Origin: a virus
Lineage: Duplodnaviria > Caudoviricetes
Strand: one strand, 5' to 3'
Virus record (IMG/VR): IMGVR_UViG_3300014613_000101
Span: 1 to 25,268 of that record
Length of the DNA: 25,268 nt
Below the pieces are notes generated by a model. It ran no database searches. It worked only from the letters and a program-made list of their open reading frames with translations, and was not told where the DNA came from. Below, piece after piece: positions 1-10,100 of the stretch. The position numbers were made by a program, and so were the translations under genes. Every line of letters begins with the position of its first letter. The first letter of the stretch is position 1.

Positions 1-252
1 AGAAGATAATGTAAATCCACCAATAGTACCTGATGTGGATGTAATTGTCCCAGTTATTGTAGCCGATGTTGCTACCAAAGCACCGGCTAAAGAAACTCTA
101 AAGGGAGCATCAGCAAATGCGGTAGCTCCAAGCCAAATCCCGACACCCGTGTCTAACTGGATTCTTGTTGCCACTGTTCCTGCGTACAATGCAGTAGAAG
201 ATAATGTAAATCCACCAATAGTACCTGATGTGGATGTAATTGTCCCAGTTAT
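1..252. repeat. 57-bp exact direct repeat (1-57 and 196-252), core of a 195-bp / 65-aa repeat unit in the fibre
   Basis: agaagataatgtaaatccaccaatagtacctgatgtggatgtaattgtcccagttat occurs twice; protein repeat APFRV..G.L.ATSATITGTITSTSGTIGGFTLSS. Confidence 0.93.
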
Positions 253-3200
253 CGTTGCTGAAGTGGCAATAAGTGTTCCGTCAGCCGCAACTCTGAAAGG
301 TGCACTCGCTTTTACAGCGCCGCCTATACTTAATGCTCCATCAGCAGCATCGTTTAACCATAATTTATTTGTAGTTCCGACAACAATACTTCCTGCGGTA
401 ACTGTTCCTAAATCAGCAGAGATAGCTGAAAGTTGTGCAACACTTAATTTTCCAGAAGTAATCGTAGAAGCAGCTATTTCGTTTCCTGTGATTGTGCCTG
501 CTACAATATTTCCCGCCACAATCGTTGCTGCTGCTATTTGCGTAGTGGTAATAGTACCTGCGGCGATCTTAGCGGCTGTTATCGTATTAGCTGCAATTTC
601 TGCTGCTGTAACAGCCAAAGCAGCAATCTTTGCTGTGGTAATCGCTCCAGCAGCAATATTCGCTGCTTCAATGGTGAGAGCTGCAATCTTAGCACCAGTG
701 ATTGTACCGGCAGCAATATCAGCAGCTACAATAGCCCCGGCAGCAATTTTCCCCGCGATAACAGAACCAGCAGCAAGTTCAGTTGCGGTAACATTGGCAG
801 CCAATATTTTAGCCGTAGTAATCGCTCCAGAAGCAATCTCAGCTGCGGTGATTGTCAATGCGGCAATGTTACCCGCCACAATAGTATTGGCTGCTATTTG
901 TGTGGTTGTAATTGTGCCTGCTACGATATTTGCCGCAGCTATAGTTACTGCGGCAATCTTTGCCCCTGTGATTGTTCCGGCAGCTATCTCAGCAGCAGTA
1001 ATGGTAAGAGCGGCTATATTACTTGCTGTAATTGTTGTAGCGGCTATCTTAGCACCTGTGATTGTTCCGGCAGCTATCTCAGCAGCAGTTATTGTTAAAG
1101 CAGCTATATTGGCAGCAGTTATAGTCACTGCTGCAATCTTTGCCCCTGTGATTGTTCCGGCGGCGATGTCAGCAGCTACGATTGTAAGTGCAGCAATTTT
1201 CCCCGCAATAACAGAACCGGCAGCTAACTCATTAGATGTAACAGCTAAGGCCGCAATATTGGCGGTAGTAACAGCAAGGGCGGCAATCTTTGCTGTAGTC
1301 ACTGCTCCTGCTGCGATGTTCCCTGCTTCAACAGCAAGGGCGGCAATCTTTGCTGTAGTCACTGCCCCTGCTGCAATTTCTGCTGCTGTAACAGCGAGAG
1401 CGGCAATTTTTGCTGTAGTAATAGAAAGAGCAGCTATGTTCCCAGTTTCAATGGTAAGTGCAGCTATTTTAGCACCAGTGATTGTTGCCGCGGCTATCTC
1501 GGCTGCTGTAACTGCTAAGGCCGCTATTTTTGCTGTAGTAATCGCATTTGCAGCCACCTTCGCCGTACTCACAGCTAAATCAGCCAGCTCTGTTGTTGAA
1601 ATAGAGCCAACAACAACATTTGAACCATTTATATTTAATCCACCAATACCGTTAAAAACTTGAAATTCTGCCTCCACCGCTCCATTGACAGCAGTTGCGA
1701 TTAAGACTTTCCCAGCCCCAACTGCGTGTGGCGCTATTGTGGTTACTTGATAAACAATTGTAGAAATAGCAATATCCAAATAAACATAGGTTCTTGCTAT
1801 CATATTCCCAGTGTTCCCCGCACTGATTGAATAAGACACACCATTAGCCGAGGTGAATGTCCCAGCTCCCCAAGCAACTGTGTCTAAATCAGTAACCGAA
1901 AAGACGCAAGTTTGTGTCCAATTACGATTAGCAAGATCGAGAACTTCTTGTGATATATAATCTGAGAGAATCACTGAACTTGCGGCGATCTCGGAATATT
2001 GATTATACCAATCTTTCGCCTTCACCTCAAATGTGATTGAACAGGTCATTGTATATAAAGAGATTTCTGCAAAGGTCAGCGATCGGTATACAAAATTATT
2101 CTCAACATCTTTCCATTCTTCCGCAGTCCCACTTCCAATGGTAATTCGATAATAATACGCTCTAAGATCAGCGTCAGGGCACTTGTCCCATTTAAACTCC
2201 ACACCTCCAGCAATCAGTGATCCAATCAAACCTGTAATATTAGGCGGTACCGTATTTGAAACGGACAATTTCGCTGGATGCGCCGTTTGCTCATTAAACA
2301 CATTAACAGCATCGACAGAAATTACAAATGACGACGCAGGCGTTCCGTTTCCATCCTCCATGTTCTTTGCAAGTGAATACGTAAAAATAGGCTCTGCTGT
2401 GATGATAACATTACCACGTTTTGTAGTCCCATTCGATTCATAAATCTGCACACGATAATTCTTGAAGAGAACGTCGGGGAGACTTGTTGCTGCACCATGC
2501 AACTCATTCCCTGCATCCTTTACGTAATCTGTAATTGTTGTTCGTCTCCATTTGAATGAAACATCTCGTCCTGTAAACGTTGTTACATTTGCATCTTCAC
2601 CAACAATCTGTAACCCCGAAACCTTGCCCTTAAATGCCCCATTCACAAACTCCCAATCGCTTGTCGTTGTAATTGTCACTCTATTTCCATCCCCCACAAC
2701 AGATTCAGGAGAATATTCATTTGACGCATTCATCCCTTGCACAATAAAAAGGTATTCTGTTGATGGTTTCGCTTTTGTAAATGTGACTTTGCGCACCGAT
2801 GTCGTCAAATTTGCAATGACAAAAGATCCTGATGCAGAGCGTTCAATAACCTGAACAACAGCTCCTTTATAAATCGCATTTGTAGAAGTTTCAAATTCAA
2901 TAAAAATCTCGCGCACAATAACTCCCGTTTCTATGTCAACATGCGCCCATTCCTTTGCAGTCACGTTTGAAATTACAACAAGTCGATTCAACGATGAGTA
3001 ATTCAATGCAGTTGTAAAAACTTTACCTGCTTCAAAATTATAAACTTCATCGTAATAATCGACAGCAGTAATGCCGATCGTCTGATCAGATGCTTTTCTA
3101 AGACCAACCACAATAGCAGGCTTTACAACAACCGCAGTGAGACCAACAACATAGGGATCATATTGTGCAGGGACTGTTGAAAATGTACCGTTGATCGTTA

Positions 3201-5760
3201 ATACTGTGTAATCACCAGGTGTCATTGACGATGCAAGTGTTTTTGCAACAATCGTATCATCAGTCAAACGAAGCTTTATTGTATAATTGGCTCCTGTTTT
3301 ACCATCAGCAACGGTGAACGTTCTATCAATTGTTACAGTAGTTGAATTTGCAGAAACGATCCTCCCCCCAAATCCCCACTGAGGAACATCATGTGAAAGA
3401 TCAATTCTATCACCAAGTTCACACACAATCGCATCAACATCCGCTTCAAAATCAATCAGTCGAATCTGATATTTGTTATATGCAAGGTATCTATGACCAA
3501 GTCGATTTGCTTCACTCGATTTCGTAATGCCAAACAATGCCTTATTTGCTTTATTTGAAGGACGATTTGCTGTCGTGTCAAGAATCGTCAATGTTGTGCG
3601 CTCATAATCCTGCTCTGCATCAGTGAACTCAATCTCAAGTTCTCCCGCTCGTTCACTTAATGAGAGAAATACTTCCTTAAATGAATCCTCAATAATATTA
3701 CCAATCGTAAATAACTGTGTACTCGTTTTTGCTTGATCTGTAATAATTTTTATCGTTGTTCCTGTCCACACAGGACATGCATAGGACATTTGACATATAC
3801 TCAATACAGAATCCCAAACATTCGACGCCGAATCAAAAACGCCATTAAAAGTTATTCGCCTTTCGAGACCAGAGCTTCCGTTATCAACAAGCGTGTCACA
3901 ATAATCTGCCCACGTCTGAAATGTCGTCACATCCAAATATGTCGAATTGTATGCATCATAACGATTAACGGTAAGGTTATCATTGAATACGGGTTGCGTA
4001 AGAATATCAAATGCAATCCATGCAGGATTATTTGAATATTCAACACGCCAGCTCTCCGTGGCAGAATATGCAGTACTCGTCACCCAAGCAACGCCTACAT
4101 TACCATCTACGAGAGGTAACGCGCTATGACCCGTTTGTTCCCAATAAGTCGCCCAGCTCCCACCCGTGATCGGTCGTGTATTGCTTCCTGACGTATGTGC
4201 AAGAATACACCGATAATTTTTGCCATCAGTTCCAAGGACTTCATCAGCTCTATATACACGAATGAGCTTCCCATACACATCAGCGGAGAACTTAATGCCT
4301 CCTGAAATCTGATCAGAAGCAAGAGCCTGTATGCCTGCTAAAGCAAGTCTTGGATAACTATACTTATCATTATAAACTTCAAGGACAGAATTAAGACGTA
4401 CAGCATCTCCATACCTCACAGAATCCTTGTCCGCACTCACCTTTGTTATCTTTATCTCATATGTTCCGTGTGCCAATCCCGAAATTCTCTTTGTGTATGT
4501 AAATGCAGTAGCTTTTGATGAAGAGATTGTTACATAATTTAACGGTGTAGTTGTAGTTAATTTTATTGCAGGCCCGATCCACTTCCACGAAGCATTCACA
4601 TGAATCGCAGGATCAGTGTCTCCTTCTTTATGTGCAGTTGGATCTGTTCCCCCGTTTTGAAGTTCAAGCCATCTCTCTATACTCATTTCAGGAGAAATAG
4701 GATCATTGACCCAAAGCCCGAACGACCAATAAAACCCCGCAGCAATCTGAAGATCCAAAAGAGATGTAAACACAACATGTCTGAATGATTCCCCTGTTGT
4801 CACGTTTCTTATCTCAATTGATACCTCCACAGAATGAGAAGATAAGCTCCCTGCATCATTCGCATAATATATACCTTTCGGAAGAGACAGAACAATCTCA
4901 AGTCCATCAAAATCATTGTCGGGTGTTGTGTAGGTATAGGGTGTTGCAGTCTTTATTTCCCGATTTGAAATATAGGTGACTTTTGTGCCATTAAACGACG
5001 AAATAATAGATTGTGCCAAGTATCCAAGACGAGTATCAATAACAAGCCCCGGATATGTAGGAGATAATTGATCATTAACTGTTATATTCGTTATTGCTTT
5101 TATTGGCCCCATGCTAAGACCAAGTAACAAATTTAATTTCGAACTATCTGTAGAGATCCCTTCTCCAGCATCAATATAACCAGAGATGATATTGCCATAA
5201 ACCCGATGTTTCCCATAAACAATGGGTACCGCTGCTCCTTGTTGTTGTGTGGTAACAGGATTCCACGAATACGTTTGTGAGCGATTAAAATCACCGCCTG
5301 CAATTTCCGGCGGTCGTGCCCCTGGTAAAATCGCATTGACAAGCATGGAACCAGCATAAATAGTAGCCGCAATAACAGCAGCTTCTACCATTGTACCAAC
5401 AGCATAAGCAGCCGCCATTTCAGCAGCCGCCATTTCACCTGCTACATAAACACCAGCTAAATTGCCCACATAAAGTGAACCGACAACAATAGCAATTATC
5501 AAAACTGCACGAAATACATCTCCCATGTCGCCAATATTCGGAGTGAATATAATACAATCGTTGGGTTTTATTTGTGTTATTGCGTAATCTTCTTCTCGAA
5601 CAACAATCCCGTTTATTGAAACTGAAAAATCAACATCGAGAGGGGCTTCGTTATTGCGAATATCGAGAAGAGACAAGGATGTACAATCTTTGAACTCCAC
5701 CGTTCTTTTACGATGGTCAAAGGGGCTTTGAATTTTAATCAACTTCACTTGCTGTTCCAT
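1..5760 (-). CDS. Tail tip / host-specificity protein: lambda gpI-like N-terminus fused to gpJ-like hub, FNIII-like domains and a repeat-rich fibre; truncated at the left edge (>1920 aa)
   Basis: Manual translation from ATG at 5760 (SD AGGGA upstream) is open for 1920 codons to position 1. Contains gpJ-type motifs VPIVYGKHRVYGNII, YSYPRLALAGI, YSNNPAWIAFDIL, RITFNGVFD, CELGDRIDLSHDVPQWGFGGRI. Lies directly after the gpL-like and NlpC/P60 genes. Confidence 0.92.
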   Translation of the reverse strand, partial: MEQQVKLIKIQSPFDHRKRTVEFKDCTSLSLLDIRNNEAPLDVDFSVSINGIVVREEDYAITQIKPNDCIIFTPNIGDMGDVFRAVLIIAIVVGSLYVGNLAGVYVAGEMAAAEMAAAYAVGTMVEAAVIAATIYAGSMLVNAILPGARPPEIAGGDFNRSQTYSWNPVTTQQQGAAVPIVYGKHRVYGNIISGYIDAGEGISTDSSKLNLLLGLSMGPIKAITNITVNDQLSPTYPGLVIDTRLGYLAQSIISSFNGTKVTYISNREIKTATPYTYTTPDNDFDGLEIVLSLPKGIYYANDAGSLSSHSVEVSIEIRNVTTGESFRHVVFTSLLDLQIAAGFYWSFGLWVNDPISPEMSIERWLELQNGGTDPTAHKEGDTDPAIHVNASWKWIGPAIKLTTTTPLNYVTISSSKATAFTYTKRISGLAHGTYEIKITKVSADKDSVRYGDAVRLNSVLEVYNDKYSYPRLALAGIQALASDQISGGIKFSADVYGKLIRVYRADEVLGTDGKNYRCILAHTSGSNTRPITGGSWATYWEQTGHSALPLVDGNVGVAWVTSTAYSATESWRVEYSNNPAWIAFDILTQPVFNDNLTVNRYDAYNSTYLDVTTFQTWADYCDTLVDNGSSGLERRITFNGVFDSASNVWDSVLSICQMSYACPVWTGTTIKIITDQAKTSTQLFTIGNIIEDSFKEVFLSLSERAGELEIEFTDAEQDYERTTLTILDTTANRPSNKANKALFGITKSSEANRLGHRYLAYNKYQIRLIDFEADVDAIVCELGDRIDLSHDVPQWGFGGRIVSANSTTVTIDRTFTVADGKTGANYTIKLRLTDDTIVAKTLASSMTPGDYTVLTINGTFSTVPAQYDPYVVGLTAVVVKPAIVVGLRKASDQTIGITAVDYYDEVYNFEAGKVFTTALNYSSLNRLVVISNVTAKEWAHVDIETGVIVREIFIEFETSTNAIYKGAVVQVIERSASGSFVIANLTTSVRKVTFTKAKPSTEYLFIVQGMNASNEYSPESVVGDGNRVTITTTSDWEFVNGAFKGKVSGLQIVGEDANVTTFTGRDVSFKWRRTTITDYVKDAGNELHGAATSLPDVLFKNYRVQIYESNGTTKRGNVIITAEPIFTYSLAKNMEDGNGTPASSFVISVDAVNVFNEQTAHPAKLSVSNTVPPNITGLIGSLIAGGVEFKWDKCPDADLRAYYYRITIGSGTAEEWKDVENNFVYRSLTFAEISLYTMTCSITFEVKAKDWYNQYSEIAASSVILSDYISQEVLDLANRNWTQTCVFSVTDLDTVAWGAGTFTSANGVSYSISAGNTGNMIARTYVYLDIAISTIVYQVTTIAPHAVGAGKVLIATAVNGAVEAEFQVFNGIGGLNINGSNVVVGSISTTELADLAVSTAKVAANAITTAKIAALAVTAAEIAAATITGAKIAALTIETGNIAALSITTAKIAALAVTAAEIAAGAVTTAKIAALAVEAGNIAAGAVTTAKIAALAVTTANIAALAVTSNELAAGSVIAGKIAALTIVAADIAAGTITGAKIAAVTITAANIAALTITAAEIAAGTITGAKIAATTITASNIAALTITAAEIAAGTITGAKIAAVTIAAANIVAGTITTTQIAANTIVAGNIAALTITAAEIASGAITTAKILAANVTATELAAGSVIAGKIAAGAIVAADIAAGTITGAKIAALTIEAANIAAGAITTAKIAALAVTAAEIAANTITAAKIAAGTITTTQIAAATIVAGNIVAGTITGNEIAASTITSGKLSVAQLSAISADLGTVTAGSIVVGTTNKLWLNDAADGALSIGGAVKASAPFRVAADGTLIATSATITGTITSTSGTIGGFTLSSTALYAGTVATRIQLDTGVGIWLGATAFADAPFRVSLAGALVATSATITGTITSTSGTIGGFTLSS
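451..1620 (-). repeat. About 39 degenerate tandem 30-bp (10-aa) coding repeats, consensus [KNE]IAA[LG][TA][IV]T[AT]A
   Basis: Translation reads KIAALAVTAA EIAAATITGA KIAALTIETG NIAALSITTA ... in strict 30-nt phase. Confidence 0.93.
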
Positions 5761-5776
5761 TACTTAATTTTTCCCT

Positions 5777-6166
5777 CTAAGCAATATGGTTCTCCCATCG
5801 GTAGTAACCCCTTATTCTTTTTTTCCAGAACATACCATCAAGTCTCTCAATACAACATCCACTTCCTTTCATAATGTGAATAAACCTCTTTCGATCTTCA
5901 AGTACGACCCCAATATGTGACTCATAAGGAGGTCTGATTGTAAACAAAACAAGTGCATATGCCTGAATATGATCAAGCTTTTCAAATCTGCTTTTCTGAT
6001 TTTGAACAATTTCATCAATTGATTCGCGGAATTCTGGCGAATCATATTCTGGCAGATCAATGCCAATTCTTCGATAAACCTCTTTGCATAAACCATAACA
6101 ATCAAGGCCTGTCTTTACATCTCTCCCACCTTTAACGAACTTTATACCTACAAGATCATCGAACAA
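5777..6166 (-). CDS. NlpC/P60 (C40 peptidase-like) tail assembly protein, lambda gpK C-terminal-like
   Basis: GGRD..GLDCYGL (Cys), SHIGV (His), FIHI motifs; start reassigned to TTG at 6166, 8 nt after GGAGG; located between gpL-like and gpI/J-like genes. Confidence 0.88.
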   Translation of the reverse strand: MFDDLVGIKFVKGGRDVKTGLDCYGLCKEVYRRIGIDLPEYDSPEFRESIDEIVQNQKSRFEKLDHIQAYALVLFTIRPPYESHIGVVLEDRKRFIHIMKGSGCCIERLDGMFWKKRIRGYYRWENHIA

Positions 6167-6785
6167 ATCTGACTCCTCCCTGACCAAGACCGGGATAACC
6201 ACCATAATTTAATGAATTATTACCAGCAGTTCTGGTCTGACATGACACGAGACGGCCATCACAAGTTGCTTCCGATCCCGCATATTTGCATTCTGCGCCC
6301 TTGTACCTTGAAACCCAATTACAAATTGCTCCTGCATAACGATAAAGAGGAAATCGTTTATTTAGTGGAGATGGAACCCCAAGCTCAAATGAAACGTAAT
6401 TAGAATCAGCACTCGTTTTCTGAATCTCAAAAGTGAGATCAAGCTCTGAAAAGTTTTCTGATAATAATGCAGAATTGACAACTTGCAATAAAACGGTTGA
6501 GCCCACAATCCCGCTCTGCGCTTCAATATACGATTGAAATACTCTCCCTACATTGCCAACTCTAAGATTTACAGAAGGCAATTTTCCTTTTGAACCATGC
6601 ACAATCGCTTCAAGAGAAAAATCAAACGCTGTATAAGTATTCCCTTGATACGTCACGTCTTCATTGTTTCTGACAATGCGAATAACAGTTGCATCAGGCA
6701 TCGTTACAGTTACAAAAAGCAACCAAGCTCCCATCGATGATAATTTATTCTTCTCCAAAATAGACAATGCTGAGAGAGTTAGCAT
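6156..6785 (-). CDS. Minor tail protein, lambda gpL-like (tail tip hub)
   Basis: VTYQGNTY..F, GKLPSVNLRVGNV and a C-terminal four-Cys pattern CNW..Y.GAECKY...C.G.L.SC...YGGYPG as in gpL. Confidence 0.88.
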   Translation of the reverse strand: MLTLSALSILEKNKLSSMGAWLLFVTVTMPDATVIRIVRNNEDVTYQGNTYTAFDFSLEAIVHGSKGKLPSVNLRVGNVGRVFQSYIEAQSGIVGSTVLLQVVNSALLSENFSELDLTFEIQKTSADSNYVSFELGVPSPLNKRFPLYRYAGAICNWVSRYKGAECKYAGSEATCDGRLVSCQTRTAGNNSLNYGGYPGLGQGGVRFVR

Positions 6786-6786
6786 T

Positions 6787-7122
6787 TTACACTTGCCTCA
6801 AAAGAAATTGACAGGTCCATTTGTCATTATCTGTAAGCTCAAACGAGGGCACAGAATCGAACCGCACGGTATAAACGACACTTGTGTAAGGGTGAGTCCA
6901 GGTAAATGAATCTACAGTCTCAACCGTGTCATAAAACGTGCGTAAACTATCTTTATCTGCATCACTCAGCATCAAATAATTTACATCAAAAGAAATATTC
7001 TTCTTGGTATACTTTAACCGTGTAGTAACATAACCAGCTTCTGAGATAGTTTTAAGTGCCCTATCAGTAATAATTTCCTTTAGTGGATAGTTAGGTGGTT
7101 GTGTGAGTGAGGGAAAAGCCAT
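6787..7122 (-). CDS. Distal tail protein, lambda gpM-like
   Basis: 111 aa immediately after the tape measure; SFTWTHP, VRF motifs; terminal QV; GGAG SD. Confidence 0.8.
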   Translation of the reverse strand: MAFPSLTQPPNYPLKEIITDRALKTISEAGYVTTRLKYTKKNISFDVNYLMLSDADKDSLRTFYDTVETVDSFTWTHPYTSVVYTVRFDSVPSFELTDNDKWTCQFLLRQV

Positions 7123-7132
7123 ATTTTACTCC

Positions 7133-10100
7133 TTACATATAACGCAATGGACCATTTTGTTGCTTGTTTTTAAGGATGATTCCAACAACAAGCTGCTCCA
7201 AATTAAAATCAATCTTTACATTTTTGCTCTGAACAGGCGTCCCTGTCTCATTTTTTATATTCACAACAACTGATTTAGAACCAAATCCACTGCCTTTTGG
7301 AATAATTGTTTCCCCTTTCTGAAGAATTGCAGGGAACTCATCGCCTGATAAACCAGAATGGTATCTTGACGCATTTGCAAAGGCGCCTGCGGGAACGAGT
7401 CTCATGGGAGCGTTCGTAGAGCCTACCACACCTCCTGCATGAAAAAATGACGCGAACAATTCTGCAAGTAAGGTGCCCCCTCCCTTCACACCACCAATGA
7501 CTTTGAGAGCAACCCATTCCGCCATGATCTTGGCGATCATCTGCAATATCATATTGGTAAAGCTATTCCAATAATCGCCAAGACTTTTCAGCTCCCCTTT
7601 CATTGCATCAAAAAAGAAAGTGCTAAATGATTCAGCTATTCCTTTTGCAAGTGCATCAGCAGCAGCTTTTAGTTGCAAGCCCCAATTATCAAAGTCTTTG
7701 CTAACTTCATCCAAGTATTTATTAAATGTATCTATTCCCTTTAATGCCTGAAAGACAATTGCTGGTGTTTCTTTTGCCTTCAAATCAAGGTCCGCAAAAA
7801 GAAGCATGAGATCAGTTCGAATTTTCTTAACGGCATCAGCATAAGCATTCATTTTGGCAGTGCTCTCTGCCCCGAATGCCTCCTTAACATCAGCAGGGAG
7901 GTCTACTCCTATCTCACTCAGCGAGGAGCTAATATTGCTCATCTGATCAAAGTACGCTTGAAGCTTAGCAGTCTCGGCTTTTATCCGAGATTCTGTGCCC
8001 TCAATTGCGATGGCTTTTAATTTATCAAAATACTCACCTGCCGATATAATCCCTCTACTATAAAGGTCTTCAATAGCCGCTTGTCGTATCGTAAAACTTG
8101 CTTTTTCAGCATCTGTAATCTCATCAATATTTGAGATTGTTATATCGTAAATCGATTTTTGAATCCTCTCAATAGCTTTCCTATAATCTTCATAATTTGC
8201 AACCCGCTCGGTTACTCCTGCCTTCACAACATCCGTTGCAATCTTCTCCTTCAACTTCTCAAATTCCGCTTCCGCAGCAGTTCGAGATGCCGCGAGTGCA
8301 AGTTTCTTTTCATCACTAAACCGCGCATGTTCCAGTTCCTTTATATAAAGAGCTTCAATCTTAGGCCAAGCCGCCTCAAGGTTTCCCATTTGTTCGTCAG
8401 TCGCTTGCTTAGCAATAGCGACTTTTCTGGCATTATATTCAGCATCAGCCAATCCGAGAACTTTGTGCTCAAGTTCCAAATTTGCCAAAGCCTGCTGACG
8501 CTTATATTCTGCAATCTGATTTTCTGCTTTAAGCATTTTCATCATCGCATCACGGATGCGAGATTCATAGCCTTTTATATCTTCGGGAAGGGCAGGCTCA
8601 CCTGGCACTACTTTCTTAGGAGGTCCTTTTTCACCAAGTAATGTCTTTTCTCGACCAGTTATAGCACTTATCTCCCAACGCAGTTGATCACGTTCAGACC
8701 GCAACTTTTTAAGCGCTTCTTGGGCTCGTCCCACTTCAGTGCCTACTCCCTTAAAAATCGTATCTGCCGTTGCAACAAGTTGCTTATTCTTTGCAATTTC
8801 CTCATCAATTTGTGTAAGACGAGCCGCTCTATCAGATTTTTCTTTAGCGAGTTGTGAGGATTTTGCTGCTTGCAACATATTAGCAAATCCCAAATCTCGC
8901 TTTTCCGTTTTATCCATTTCAGCATTTAAATAACGAAAAAGTTCGGTAAGTCCGACTATGCCTACTGTAAGAAGAACCAAAGGACCAGTGAGAAAAGAAA
9001 GTATGCCTCTCCCCAAAATTGCCAATGCCGTCCCTGCCCCCGCCAACTTTATTCCCCATCCGCTTATTTTTAATCCACCGGCTATAAAAGCTGATGATAA
9101 CAAACCTGCGGAGACGGATAGGCTTTTAAAACCGATCAACAATTTACCAATGTAAAAAGTAGTCAGCAGTTCAATGGCTACTCCAAGTCCCCCAAAAAGT
9201 TTTGTGATCGGAGCCAGAATTGTTCCAAAAACACCAAAAAGGGATTTTAATTGATCAATAATCGTAATAAGACTATTAAATACATCCCTTGTTGTTTTAC
9301 CTGCTGACCCAAGTTTATCAAGTTTATCTGCAAAAATACCTGTTCTGTCTGCGGCAACAAGAGCACCGTTCGCCATGTCAACAAGCGTTGCCATTATTTC
9401 TTTTAAAGCAACTGCCGCTCCACTACCAACTCCTGTCCCTATTTCCTTCAAAATACTCAAAAAGATTACCCACTGAGATGAGATAGGCATCTTCATAATA
9501 TCCGCAGCAGCAATAAGGCCACCTTTCGATTCTTCAATTGCCTTTAACAAATCTTTATATTCTTTAAGCCTTTCAATCATCGTGACCAAAATCTTCGCTT
9601 GTTCTTTCCCTGCAATCTCTTGAATGACACCCATCCAGCCTAATGGAATCGCCCCGCCTCTGCCTATCTTTTCCCCAAATTTTGTAAGCAATTCATCAAA
9701 TTGAGCGGCCATAGGAAGCGTTCGATCAAGTGTGATACCAATATTCTTGAGCATTTGTAGCCGTTCCGGCGACGATAGAGATAGCATCAAACTCGCCATC
9801 AAACGAGATGCGGACTGAGCTTTAATGCCAGTATCCGTAATCGCAACAGACATCGCAAGAATCTGATCGAGAGTGAAACCGGCTAACTTGCCTACTTGAG
9901 ACATATACTGCATGACTGTTGTGAACTGCTCAGGTCGAATGATACCTGTCGCCTGTGCCTTCATCAACTTATCAACAATTGCAGCGAACGCGTCAGCTTC
10001 GTCAGCAGCCCCTTTCATGCTTTCTTTGAAAACATTGAAAGTCCCTGTCAGAGCGACGGCAAACTGCTCAAAGTTTATCTCTTTAAATGCGGTCTGCATC

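Noticed and set aside
1-252. Possible DGR template/variable repeat pair
   Set aside because: Both copies lie in frame within one gene and the 57-bp core is identical, with no adenine-specific mismatches; no reverse transcriptase in the window
35-1663. 542-aa + strand Ala/Val/Ile-rich ORF (and nested 538..1098)
   Set aside because: Antisense shadow of the repetitive fibre region; the - strand frame continues the gpJ-like gene, and low-complexity codons explain the lack of stops
5407-5436. 15-bp tandem duplication (EMAAA twice) in the tail-tip gene
   Set aside because: Real but in-frame, in a low-complexity Ala-rich helix; no sign of functional significance
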